Below are positions 20,423 through 29,473 of a stretch of 64,000 nucleotides of DNA, in pieces. Under the pieces are notes generated by a model, which had not been told where the DNA came from, made no database searches, and saw only the letters and a list, made by a program, of their open reading frames with translations. How positions within the stretch are numbered: the first letter of the stretch is position 1; every line of letters starts with the position of its first letter. The position numbers were made by a program, and so were the translations under genes. Origin of the DNA: Patescibacteria group bacterium UBA2196. GTDB lineage: Bacteria; Patescibacteriota; Patescibacteriia; UBA2196. The stretch covers positions 42,579 to 106,578 of the forward strand of contig DCVE01000013.1 of NCBI GenBank assembly GCA_002328025.1, in the 5' to 3' direction.

Positions 20423-21649
20423 ATGCAAAATATATATTTTGATAATGCAGCCACGACGCCAGTAAATAAAAATGTTTTGGAAGTCATGTTGCCATATTTT
20501 TGTGAAATTTATGGCAACGCTTCATCCTTACACTCATTTGGTCAGGAAGCTTTAAAAGCTGTAGATGAAGCGCGCGCTAAAGTGGCAAATTTTTTAGGCT
20601 GTGAGACCAATGAAATAATTTTTACTTCGGGCGCCACAGAAGCGGATAATTTAGCCATTATGGGCGTGGTTTTTGCTAATAATTATTTAGAAAAAAAAAT
20701 ACACATTATCACCACCGAGTTTGAACATCCAGCAGTTTTGGAAACTTGTAAGTATTTGGAAAAACAGGGTGTAGAGGTGAGTTATGTAAAACCAGGTAGT
20801 GATGGGGTTATAAAAGTGGAAGATATTGAAAAAGAAATCAAAGATAATACAATTTTAATTTCGGTGATGTATGTTAATAATGAAATTGGCACCATTCAGC
20901 CAATTAAAGAAATAGGACAATTGGTGAAAAAAATAAATTCAGAGCGTATTACACGAGATCCCTCGACTTCGTCTTCGCTTCGCTCAGACTCTGCTCGGGA
21001 TGACACACTGCGTCAAATTTATTTTCACACCGATGCGGTGCAAGCAGCTTTGTATTGTGAGATGAATGTCGAAAATTTGGGTGTGGATTTGATGGCAATT
21101 TCTGGTCATAAAATTTATGGACCAAAAGGCATTGGTGTTTTGTATATAAAAAAAGGCACGCGCTTGCAAAAAATTCAACACGGTGGTCATCATGAATTTA
21201 ATAAACGCGCTGGTACTTTAAACACGCCTTTAATGGTTGGAATGGGAAAAGCTGTTGAGTTAATTCAAACTAGAGATTTAAATAAAATTAAATTTTTGCG
21301 GGATTATTTGTGGCAAGAGTTGCAAAAAAACATTGTTGATGTTAGTTTAAATGGTTCTTGGGAAGATAGAACGCCCACTAATCTAAATGTTTCTGTGCAA
21401 GGTGTGGAAGGCGAAGCTTTGTTGTTGGGTTTGGATATGGCGGGAATTGCGATTTCCACTGGCTCGGCCTGTTCTTCTGGTTCTCTTGAACCGTCACATG
21501 TATTAATGTCCATTGGTTTGTCGCACGAGGCGGCGCACGGCAGTTTAAGAATAACTTTGGGTGAAGAAAATACAAAAGAAGAGATTGATTATTTTGTGCA
21601 ACAACTTAAGCAGTTGGCGGAAAAGTTTAGACAGATGGCGCCCAAATAA
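20423..21649 (+). CDS. iscS: Cysteine desulfurase
   Basis: YFDNAATT, HTDAVQ, SGHKIYGPKG (PLP Lys) and STGSACSS motifs. Confidence 0.96.
   Translation: MQNIYFDNAATTPVNKNVLEVMLPYFCEIYGNASSLHSFGQEALKAVDEARAKVANFLGCETNEIIFTSGATEADNLAIMGVVFANNYLEKKIHIITTEFEHPAVLETCKYLEKQGVEVSYVKPGSDGVIKVEDIEKEIKDNTILISVMYVNNEIGTIQPIKEIGQLVKKINSERITRDPSTSSSLRSDSARDDTLRQIYFHTDAVQAALYCEMNVENLGVDLMAISGHKIYGPKGIGVLYIKKGTRLQKIQHGGHHEFNKRAGTLNTPLMVGMGKAVELIQTRDLNKIKFLRDYLWQELQKNIVDVSLNGSWEDRTPTNLNVSVQGVEGEALLLGLDMAGIAISTGSACSSGSLEPSHVLMSIGLSHEAAHGSLRITLGEENTKEEIDYFVQQLKQLAEKFRQMAPK
20955..21004. repeat. In-frame palindromic insertion in iscS
   Basis: GAGATCCCTCGACTTC[GTCTTCGCTTCGCTCAGAC]TCTGCTCGGGATGAC, read as RDPSTSSSLRSDSARDD. 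Confidence 0.85.
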
Positions 21650-21728
21650 ATTTTAAAAATGTTTTTCATATAAAACACGTTTTTTTCAAAACAATAGTGA
21701 GTGTGTCATTTACAGGAGGAACCGGATT

Positions 21729-22736
21729 ATGGATATTCTAATAAGTGCACAACAGATTATAAGGCAGGCTAATTTTGTATTACTTCAGAAGGAGTGGCAA
21801 GAAAAGCTTGGCAGAGAATTTGGTCATGTTTTTTTAGCATATGGAACACAAACAGATGTAGAGTATTTTTGTGTTCATGAGGATTGGTATAAATTTAGAG
21901 ACAAAGGACTTTTTGTTTTGGTTGGGGGAAAAATAACTTCTGGCCAAAATGGAAGAGAGGGTCTCTTGTTGGTCACCGGGCTGGAACCAAAGGAACTTTT
22001 TTTTAATACCAGTCTTTTAAAAAAGGTTTTGCATCAGTGTAAAAGGTATGCCGAAAAAATTAATGCTAAATCGATTGGTTTAGCCGGAATGTTACCTAGT
22101 TTTGTTCAAAGAAAAATACAAAAAAGAGAATTAGATTTGCAAAATGATTTTGGGTCTTTGTTTGTCAAGGGCCTAATGGGGAGCACGTGGTTGGTTTGTA
22201 ATTCCGTTTTAGAGTTGGTAGAACCAAGAACAAAAGTAGCCGTTGTCGGGGTTGGATACCTTGGCGAGTTTGTCGCGGATGTGTTAGAAAGAAGAAATTA
22301 TAAAGTAACAAGATGGGACACAAAAAACACTACTAATAATCTAGATGATCTTAGACAGTGTGAACTTATTATAGGGCTTACACCAAATGGAGATGATTTA
22401 TTTGGGTATGCCGAGTTGATGAAGGGCTCTAATGTTAGGAAAGTTTTATTTGACACTCACCCAGTCCCGTCACAACGCACGGTGGATGTTTTAAACCTGG
22501 CTAATATCAAGGTCTTTAAAGCCATAGCTCGTTCTAATGGGGTTGAAACTAGGCCGGCACTTCCAAATTTTGACAAGAAAGACATGCCTGGTTGTATGGT
22601 GGATGGGTATGTGCGTTCGTCAAAAATCGGTGATAATACGGGTGGCGTGAGTTATGACTGTTTTGATCAAGCCGCAAGTCAACTTGGAATTCAAACTCCG
22701 TTACTTGAGCTCACTCCCGAGCTCGAGTTAGTCTAG
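21729..22736 (+). CDS. Orphan NAD(P)-binding Rossmann protein (amino-acid dehydrogenase / acyl-ACP reductase-like)
   Basis: IGLAGMLPS and VAVVGVGYLG motifs; AGGAGG SD at 21714-21719. Confidence 0.6.
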   Translation: MDILISAQQIIRQANFVLLQKEWQEKLGREFGHVFLAYGTQTDVEYFCVHEDWYKFRDKGLFVLVGGKITSGQNGREGLLLVTGLEPKELFFNTSLLKKVLHQCKRYAEKINAKSIGLAGMLPSFVQRKIQKRELDLQNDFGSLFVKGLMGSTWLVCNSVLELVEPRTKVAVVGVGYLGEFVADVLERRNYKVTRWDTKNTTNNLDDLRQCELIIGLTPNGDDLFGYAELMKGSNVRKVLFDTHPVPSQRTVDVLNLANIKVFKAIARSNGVETRPALPNFDKKDMPGCMVDGYVRSSKIGDNTGGVSYDCFDQAASQLGIQTPLLELTPELELV

Positions 22737-22759
22737 TGAGTGCATGTAAAAGTTTTTAC

Positions 22760-22798
22760 GCCGTGACCTTACAATTTACAAACAGGTCACGGTTTTTT
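22760..22798 (+). terminator. Intrinsic terminator
   Basis: CCGTGACCT...AGGTCACGG followed by a T-tract. Confidence 0.8.
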
Positions 22799-22828
22799 AT
22801 TTTTTATAAAAATGATATAATATATTTA

Positions 22829-25063
22829 ATGAATTTTATTTTTGATTACAAAAATATAATTTTGGTTGTTATTGCCCTATGCAATTTGATTTTAGGTTTT
22901 TTTGTTTTGTTTAATGGACTAAAAAGAAATAGAAAAATTAATATTTATTATTTTTTACTAAGCATCGTGGTTTCTTTGTGGGCTTTTGGCATGATTATGT
23001 ATCGAGGTTCGGTTGAGGTGGTAGATAAAATTGTGTGGTGCCGGTGGTTATATGTTTTTGCCACATTTATTCCAACCGCATTTATCTTTTTTTGTTATAA
23101 TTTTTCTGGCCGTGAAATAAAATTTCGCTGGTGGTACAAATTAATAATATTGGTGTTAAATTATGGCGTTGTTTGGATCTCTTTGTGGCCAACGGGCGGT
23201 GTAATTATGGATGTCACAAAAAGAGCTTTTTTTGAGGATCAGATTATTTTTGGTCCGTTGTATATGTTGTACAACATTTATGTACCAGCCATGTTCGCGT
23301 GGGGATTTTGGATTTTATATTACAAATATCGTCAGACGGATGGAATTGCCAAGATGCAAATTAAATATGTTTTTTGGGGAACATTTTTATCTTCAGCCTT
23401 GGGCATGAGTACCAATTTAATTTTACCAACCTTTGATTATTTTGAATTGAATTGGTTGGGGCAGGCTTTAACTTTGGTGATGGTGGGATTTATTGCTTAT
23501 GCCATTATTCGCTATCGCCTGATGGATATTAAGATGGTTTTTTCAAAATCCATTATTTATTTTTTCTTGGTTTTGTTTGTGACCGGATTGTTTAGTTTTT
23601 TTACCCTGTGGACTGGGAGCAGTTTAATTCCGAGCTTAAACATAACTCAAAAAGTTTTATTAACGGTGATGATTTCGTTTATGGTGGTGCTAATAATGGA
23701 TCCATTAAAAAAATTATTAGCTAAAATTACTGATAAAATATTTTTTCGAACCAGAATTGACCACATAAAAGTTATTAAAACACTGACGGATATTATTGCT
23801 TCGGAAATTGATAAACGGGTTTTGATAAACAAATTATGTTTTGGTGCCAGGCAAGAATTGCGCGTGACGGCTTTTAAAATATATTTAAAAAATAAAATTA
23901 GTGGCGTGTTTGGACCGGCTGTGGCCTTGGATAAAAAAGAGAATGCGTTTTCGGTTGCTAGCGGCAAAGCCTTGGAAAAATATTTTAATAAAAACAGGCA
24001 GGTAATATTTGTGGAAGAATTTTTATACGAACATAATTTTTTGGGGCATAAAGACGAATTGTTGGAGCGTAAAAAAAATAAAAAAACAAAAGACGATTTG
24101 GTTTTGATGATTGCGCAGATTGATGCCGAATTAATAGTTCCAATTTTTCATGAAGAAGTTTTAACAGCTTTCTTTGTTGTGGGTAAAAAATTATCAGGTG
24201 AGCAGTTTGATAAGCAAGATTTAAATTTGTTAGATTCGGTGGCCAGTCAGTTTTCATCAGCTTTGGAAAAGGCCGAACTGTATAATCAAGCGCAAAAATT
24301 TAGTCAAAAATTGAAACACGAAGTGGAAAAAGCCACCAGTGACTTAAGGCATGCCAATGAACATTTAAAAAAATTGGATGAAGCAAAAACCGAATTTATT
24401 TCCGTGGCATCGCATCAGTTGCGTACTCCACTTTCTGGAATTAAGGGCTATCTGTCTATGCTAAAAGATGGTGACTTTGGAGTTTTGGAACCGAAAAAGA
24501 AAAAAATTGTCAGTGATGTTTTGGTTAATACCGAGCGTATGGTGCGCTTGGTAAACATTTTTCTCAATATTTCTCGCATTGAATCTGGTCGTTTAAAACT
24601 GGAAAAAACCAAATTTGATATTACAAACATGACCAAAGAAACTTTGCGTGAACTAAAAACCGATGCTGAGAGTAAGGGTCTAAAATTAGAATTTGCTGGC
24701 GTTCAGGAAAAGATAATGGTGAATGCCGACTGCGATAAATTACATGACGTGTTGATGAACTTGGTGGATAACAGTATAAAATATACAGAAAAGGGCGGGG
24801 TGACGGTTGAGTTACATAAAAAGAATGGTTTAGTCAGAGTCATGGTTAGCGATACTGGCATTGGAATTACTAAAGATGACATTGATGGTTTGTTTATCAA
24901 ATTTGGACGGGGTAAAAAAATTGCCCAAATTAATACCGCTGGTTCTGGATTGGGATTATTTATTGCTAAAAAAATAGTTGAACTGCACAATGGAAAAATT
25001 TGGGCAGAATCAGACGGCGAGGGAAAGGGTAGCGCGTTTAGTTTTGAAATTCCGGTTGAGTAG
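22829..25063 (+). CDS. Membrane sensor histidine kinase (7TM-type sensor, GAF-like, HisKA, HATPase)
   Basis: H-box ASHQLRTPL, N-box NLVDNSIKYT, DTGIG and GSGLGL; start set to ATG 22829. Confidence 0.93.
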   Translation: MNFIFDYKNIILVVIALCNLILGFFVLFNGLKRNRKINIYYFLLSIVVSLWAFGMIMYRGSVEVVDKIVWCRWLYVFATFIPTAFIFFCYNFSGREIKFRWWYKLIILVLNYGVVWISLWPTGGVIMDVTKRAFFEDQIIFGPLYMLYNIYVPAMFAWGFWILYYKYRQTDGIAKMQIKYVFWGTFLSSALGMSTNLILPTFDYFELNWLGQALTLVMVGFIAYAIIRYRLMDIKMVFSKSIIYFFLVLFVTGLFSFFTLWTGSSLIPSLNITQKVLLTVMISFMVVLIMDPLKKLLAKITDKIFFRTRIDHIKVIKTLTDIIASEIDKRVLINKLCFGARQELRVTAFKIYLKNKISGVFGPAVALDKKENAFSVASGKALEKYFNKNRQVIFVEEFLYEHNFLGHKDELLERKKNKKTKDDLVLMIAQIDAELIVPIFHEEVLTAFFVVGKKLSGEQFDKQDLNLLDSVASQFSSALEKAELYNQAQKFSQKLKHEVEKATSDLRHANEHLKKLDEAKTEFISVASHQLRTPLSGIKGYLSMLKDGDFGVLEPKKKKIVSDVLVNTERMVRLVNIFLNISRIESGRLKLEKTKFDITNMTKETLRELKTDAESKGLKLEFAGVQEKIMVNADCDKLHDVLMNLVDNSIKYTEKGGVTVELHKKNGLVRVMVSDTGIGITKDDIDGLFIKFGRGKKIAQINTAGSGLGLFIAKKIVELHNGKIWAESDGEGKGSAFSFEIPVE

Positions 25064-25191
25064 CTTATAAAATAAAAGTTTAACTGTTTTTTATATTGAG
25101 AGTGTTGGAATTGAGATTTTATGACTTGCAAACATCAAAATTGGCAGGTTTTTTTATTTGGTTTTTAAAGTATGGTATAATATAAGTAATT

Positions 25192-26193
25192 ATGTTTAGA
25201 CAATCATTGCTTAAAAAAATTAAAAAAAGTGGTTTAATCGGTCGTGGCTGCAATAATTTTTTGGTGGCTGAAAAATGGGAAATGGTAAAGCGTGTAAAAG
25301 GCGCGGAAAAGTTCGTGGTGTGTAATATTTCCGAATCAGAGCCGGGTATATTTAAAGATAAATATATTTTGGAAAAATGGCCACAATTGGTGTTGGATGG
25401 TATTAATTTAGCCATGCATGAAATTAAAGCTAAAAAAGGTTTTGTCTATCTAAATCCACTGTATTATGGTGAATTTCAAGCCAGTCTGGAACAAATAATT
25501 TTAAAAAATAATTATAGTATCGAATTATTTGAGAAGCCCTTGCACGACTATGTGGGTGGAGAAGAAACAGCGGTTTTAAACTCTATGCAAGGTTTGAGAG
25601 TTGAGCCGCGCTTAAAACCACCCTATCCAACCAAAGTTGGTTTTTATGGTGCGCCGACACTAATTCACAACTGTGAAACTTTTTATGCCGTGTCTCTAAC
25701 AAATTCTGGTGTTTATAAAAATACTCGTTTTTATTGTTTGTCTGGTGTTGATAGAGCAAATGATGTAAAAGAATTAGCAACTGATTTAACGGTTCGTGCG
25801 GTTTTACAAGAATTTGATCATACACCAAGCGTTGATTTTTTTTATCAAGTTGGCGGAGGAGCGGCTGGTTTTTGTTATAATTACAAGCAATTGAATCGTA
25901 AATTTGAAGGCTCTCCAGCCATTATTATTTATAAAAACAATGATTCTGAACAGGCAATTGTGATGAAATGGTTGGATTTTTTTCGTAAAGAATCTTGTGG
26001 TCAGTGTGTGCCATGTCGGGAGGGAACTTTTCGTTTGCGTAATTTGATGTATACATATTATCAAGGTGGAAAACTTGATAAAAAAGCTTTTGATGATTTA
26101 ATTTTGTCATTACAAAAAACTAGCTTATGTGCTTTGGGAAGAACTGCTACAAATGCCGTGGTTTCGTATTTTAAAAACGTAAAAGGAATATGA
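25192..26193 (+). CDS. Minimal NuoF/HydB-like flavoprotein subunit
   Basis: SGLIGRG, CNISESEPG.FKD, GEETA, KPPYP and 4Fe-4S motif CGQCVPC...C. Confidence 0.85.
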   Translation: MFRQSLLKKIKKSGLIGRGCNNFLVAEKWEMVKRVKGAEKFVVCNISESEPGIFKDKYILEKWPQLVLDGINLAMHEIKAKKGFVYLNPLYYGEFQASLEQIILKNNYSIELFEKPLHDYVGGEETAVLNSMQGLRVEPRLKPPYPTKVGFYGAPTLIHNCETFYAVSLTNSGVYKNTRFYCLSGVDRANDVKELATDLTVRAVLQEFDHTPSVDFFYQVGGGAAGFCYNYKQLNRKFEGSPAIIIYKNNDSEQAIVMKWLDFFRKESCGQCVPCREGTFRLRNLMYTYYQGGKLDKKAFDDLILSLQKTSLCALGRTATNAVVSYFKNVKGI

Positions 26194-28139
26194 AAAAAAT
26201 AAAATTTTATATTAATAATAAAGAATATACTGCTTTGGAAAATGATTCTGTTTTGGACGTGGCTTTACGAGAAGGACTAAATGTTCCGCATTTGTGTAAA
26301 CATCCGGATTTGGCCATTAAAGGTAATTGTCGTTTGTGTTTGGTACAAGTGGAAAATAAAGGTGTGGTGACAGCCTGTTCGACTGTGGTGGAAAAAGGGA
26401 TGCAAATTTTTTTAGAAACCGAAGAAGTTAAAAGCTTACGCAAGACAAATTTGGAGCTTATTTTTTCTGAACATCAGGAAAAGTGTGCCACTTGTTTGTA
26501 CCAAGATAATTGTCAAATATTAAAATATGCAGCTGAATTTGGTATAAAAATTTCGCGTTTTGAAGACAGAAAAAAACATTATTCAACCTGGCAGTTTGGT
26601 GATTCCATACGGTTTGATAGTTCTAAATGTATTGATTGTCGAAATTGTGTGGAAGTTTGCGATAAACAAGCCTGTAGTTTTTATGAAATTGCAGAAAGAG
26701 GAGTTGAAACAATCATTAAACCCAAAGGAGAAGTTGGTGGAATTACCTCCCCCCACCCCCTCCTTCTAAAGGAGGGGAGCTTAGATCTGTTAAAAAATGA
26801 TGTAGATAAATTTGATTGTACTTATTGTGGGCAATGTGTGACACATTGTCCGGTGGGAGCAATTAGCGGGGTATCGCATTGGGAGGAAGTTGAAAAATTA
26901 TTAAAAGATCGAGCTGGAAAAATTTTGGTTGTTGAAATTGCTCCGTCTATTCGTGTCTCTATTGGTGAAGAGTTTAATGAACCATACGGTAAGATTGTGA
27001 CTGGGCAATTAGCGGCTTCTATGAAAGCTTTGGGGTTTGATTATGCTTTTGATGTCAATTTGGGTGCCGATTTTACCACTTATGAGGAAGCACAAGAAGT
27101 GGTGGAAATGGTTTTGAATAATAAATCGCGTCCATTATTTACTTCGTGTTGTCCGGCGTGGGTAAAATTTGTTGAATTTTATTATCCGGAATTTATTGCC
27201 CATTTGACTAGTGCTAATTCACCGCACATGTGTTCTGGACCAATTATTAAAACCTATTTTGCCGATTATTTAAAAAAAGATCCACGCGATATTGTGGTGG
27301 TTTCAATTATGCCGTGTACCTCAAAAAAACATGAAATTAATTTAGAGACGCACACCATTGATTTGGGTTGGTGTTTGGAAAGATTGGATTTACCTAACAT
27401 TAAAAATATTTGTCCGGATAGAAAACAACTACAGGGCGTAAAAATAAAAGCCGTGGATTATGTTTTAACCACGCGTGAATACGCCCATCTTTTGCATAAA
27501 CACAAGATTGATTTATCAAAACTTAAAGCAGAAAAATTAGACAAACCTTTGGGCGTCTATTCTGGTGCCGGAGCAATTTATGGCGCGACCGGTGGAGTTA
27601 TGGAATCAGCTCTTAGAAGCGCGGATTATTTTTTCCGAGTCTGGGATGAAACCGATTCATTAAAATCAGTGGTCAAAGGAGAAAATTATAAATTGAAAAA
27701 GAAAAGATTTTCTAAATTATTACAAAGTCGCATTGAGTTTAAAGAAGTGCGTGGTCAAAATGGAATTAAAGAAGCCAGGGTAAAGGTGGGGGGGCGTAAG
27801 TTAAATGTTGCGGTCGTTAATGGTTTGGGTAATGCTAAAAAAATTTTGGATGACCTTAAAGCCGGTAAGGTAAAATATGATTATGTGGAGGTTATGGCCT
27901 GCCCGGGTGGTTGTATTGGTGGTGGTGGTCAGCCCATTCCGACTAATTCAAAAATTAGAGCCCAACGCGCCAACGCAGTTTATGAAATTGATAAAAACTT
28001 AGCCATTCGTACAGCTCACGAAAATCCAAGTCTTTTGGAGGTGTATAATAAATATTTTAAGGGTGATAAAGAAATAATTGAAAAAGTTTTACACAGTAAA
28101 TTTAAGGTTAAACAAAAAACAGGATATACGATAGTATAA
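26190..28139 (+). CDS. hydA: [FeFe]-hydrogenase catalytic subunit (group A)
   Basis: H-cluster motifs FTSCCPAW, IMPCTSKKHE and EVMACPGGCIGGGGQP; N-terminal 2Fe-2S, His-ligated 4Fe-4S and two 4Fe-4S ferredoxin motifs. Confidence 0.95.
   Translation: MKKIKFYINNKEYTALENDSVLDVALREGLNVPHLCKHPDLAIKGNCRLCLVQVENKGVVTACSTVVEKGMQIFLETEEVKSLRKTNLELIFSEHQEKCATCLYQDNCQILKYAAEFGIKISRFEDRKKHYSTWQFGDSIRFDSSKCIDCRNCVEVCDKQACSFYEIAERGVETIIKPKGEVGGITSPHPLLLKEGSLDLLKNDVDKFDCTYCGQCVTHCPVGAISGVSHWEEVEKLLKDRAGKILVVEIAPSIRVSIGEEFNEPYGKIVTGQLAASMKALGFDYAFDVNLGADFTTYEEAQEVVEMVLNNKSRPLFTSCCPAWVKFVEFYYPEFIAHLTSANSPHMCSGPIIKTYFADYLKKDPRDIVVVSIMPCTSKKHEINLETHTIDLGWCLERLDLPNIKNICPDRKQLQGVKIKAVDYVLTTREYAHLLHKHKIDLSKLKAEKLDKPLGVYSGAGAIYGATGGVMESALRSADYFFRVWDETDSLKSVVKGENYKLKKKRFSKLLQSRIEFKEVRGQNGIKEARVKVGGRKLNVAVVNGLGNAKKILDDLKAGKVKYDYVEVMACPGGCIGGGGQPIPTNSKIRAQRANAVYEIDKNLAIRTAHENPSLLEVYNKYFKGDKEIIEKVLHSKFKVKQKTGYTIV
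26745..26779. repeat. In-frame palindromic insertion in hydA
   Basis: ACCTCCCCCCAC-CCCCTCCTT-CTA-AAGGAGGGG-AG, read as TSPHPLLLKEGS. Confidence 0.85.
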
Positions 28140-28146
28140 ATTTTAA

Positions 28147-29436
28147 ATGTTTAAGATTATGGCGTACCTAGAATCAATTAAATTTGTTAAAAACAAATCC
28201 GCCGACTGGCGGAATAAAACTGTTTTAGTTCGTTGTGATTTTGATGTGCCTTTAGATGCCGACAAAATTAAAGACGACAGCCGATTAAAAGCGAGTCTTT
28301 TGACAATTAAATTTTTATTAAAAAATAAATGCCAGATAATTTTAATGGGACATTTGGGTCGGCCAAATGGAAAGGTTGTTTTGGAATTAGGTTTAAAGCC
28401 AGTCCAGCAACGTTTGGAAGAATTGTTAAAAACAAAAATTGAATTAGTTAAGTTTGGTGAAATTAGTCCTTCGGTAAAAAATAAACGAGATGAAAAAAAC
28501 AAGATTATAATGTTAGAAAATCTACGTTTTTGGTTGGGTGAAGAAAAGAATGATAAAAATTTTGCACGACAATTGGCGAGTTTGGCTGATATATATGTAA
28601 ATGAAGCGTTTGCTGTGTCGCATCGTGCGTGTGCATCGGTGGATGCCATAAAAAATTATTTACCCAGTTATGCCGGATTTAATTTAACCAAAGAAATTGA
28701 AAAATTGTCACAAGTTTTAAATCGACCACCCAGACCTTTGGTGGCTATTATTGGTGGAGCAAAAATTGAAACCAAACTACCGGTTTTGGATAAATTTTTG
28801 GCTAAAGCTGATTATTTATTGGTGGGTGGGGCGATTGCCAATAATTTTTTTAAAATTTTGAATTATGAAGTCGGCCAGTCTTTGATTGATCGAGAGTATT
28901 TACCAGCAGCTAAAAAATTGTGGCAAAAATCAAAGAGTGGTGCGCTTAATTTTGTGGTAAAGGATAAACAGTTGGTTGTTGATAACGAGCTTATTGGCAG
29001 TAAATTAGATTTAGCAACAATAAAAAATTTACGTCACAAAATAGTTTTACCAATTGACGTGGCAGTTAAAAATTTAAAAACACAAGAAAAAGAAATAAAA
29101 ACACCAAATCAAGTTAATTTAAATGATAAAATTTTGGATATTGGACCGCAAACACTGGAGTTTTATGGACGTATAATAAAAGGCGCTCGTTGTGTTGTTT
29201 GGAATGGACCTATGGGGCAGTTTGAAGCACCAGAATTTGCTTTAGGAACTTTTGGTGTGGCCGAGTTAATTATTAAGTCGCGTGCGCGCGCAGTTATGGG
29301 TGGTGGAGAGACCGAGGAAGCCTTAAAAGGTGTTTTACATAATAAAGAATTACCCAGAAGAATTTTCGTTTCCACTGGTGGCGGGGCGATGTTAGAATTT
29401 TTAGGTGGTAAGAAATTACCGGGACTAGAAAAATAA
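28147..29436 (+). CDS. pgk: Phosphoglycerate kinase
   Basis: VRCDFDVP, GHLGRP, LENLRF, IGGAK, WNGPMG and STGGGA motifs. Confidence 0.97.
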   Translation: MFKIMAYLESIKFVKNKSADWRNKTVLVRCDFDVPLDADKIKDDSRLKASLLTIKFLLKNKCQIILMGHLGRPNGKVVLELGLKPVQQRLEELLKTKIELVKFGEISPSVKNKRDEKNKIIMLENLRFWLGEEKNDKNFARQLASLADIYVNEAFAVSHRACASVDAIKNYLPSYAGFNLTKEIEKLSQVLNRPPRPLVAIIGGAKIETKLPVLDKFLAKADYLLVGGAIANNFFKILNYEVGQSLIDREYLPAAKKLWQKSKSGALNFVVKDKQLVVDNELIGSKLDLATIKNLRHKIVLPIDVAVKNLKTQEKEIKTPNQVNLNDKILDIGPQTLEFYGRIIKGARCVVWNGPMGQFEAPEFALGTFGVAELIIKSRARAVMGGGETEEALKGVLHNKELPRRIFVSTGGGAMLEFLGGKKLPGLEK

Positions 29437-29473
29437 ATTTAATCGTTAGTTTAAAATTTAAAAATAAAAATAT

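Noticed and set aside
20955-21004. Intein or self-splicing intron explanation for the in-frame inserts
   Set aside because: They are too short and lack intein termini and intron cores; they are palindromic repeats.
22736-22828. Longer start for the histidine kinase
   Set aside because: It spans a terminator and an extended -10 box; ATG 22829 is preferred.
28143-28649. 168-aa antisense ORF, and many similar shadow ORFs in the track
   Set aside because: They lie opposite well-supported genes such as pgk and show no motifs.
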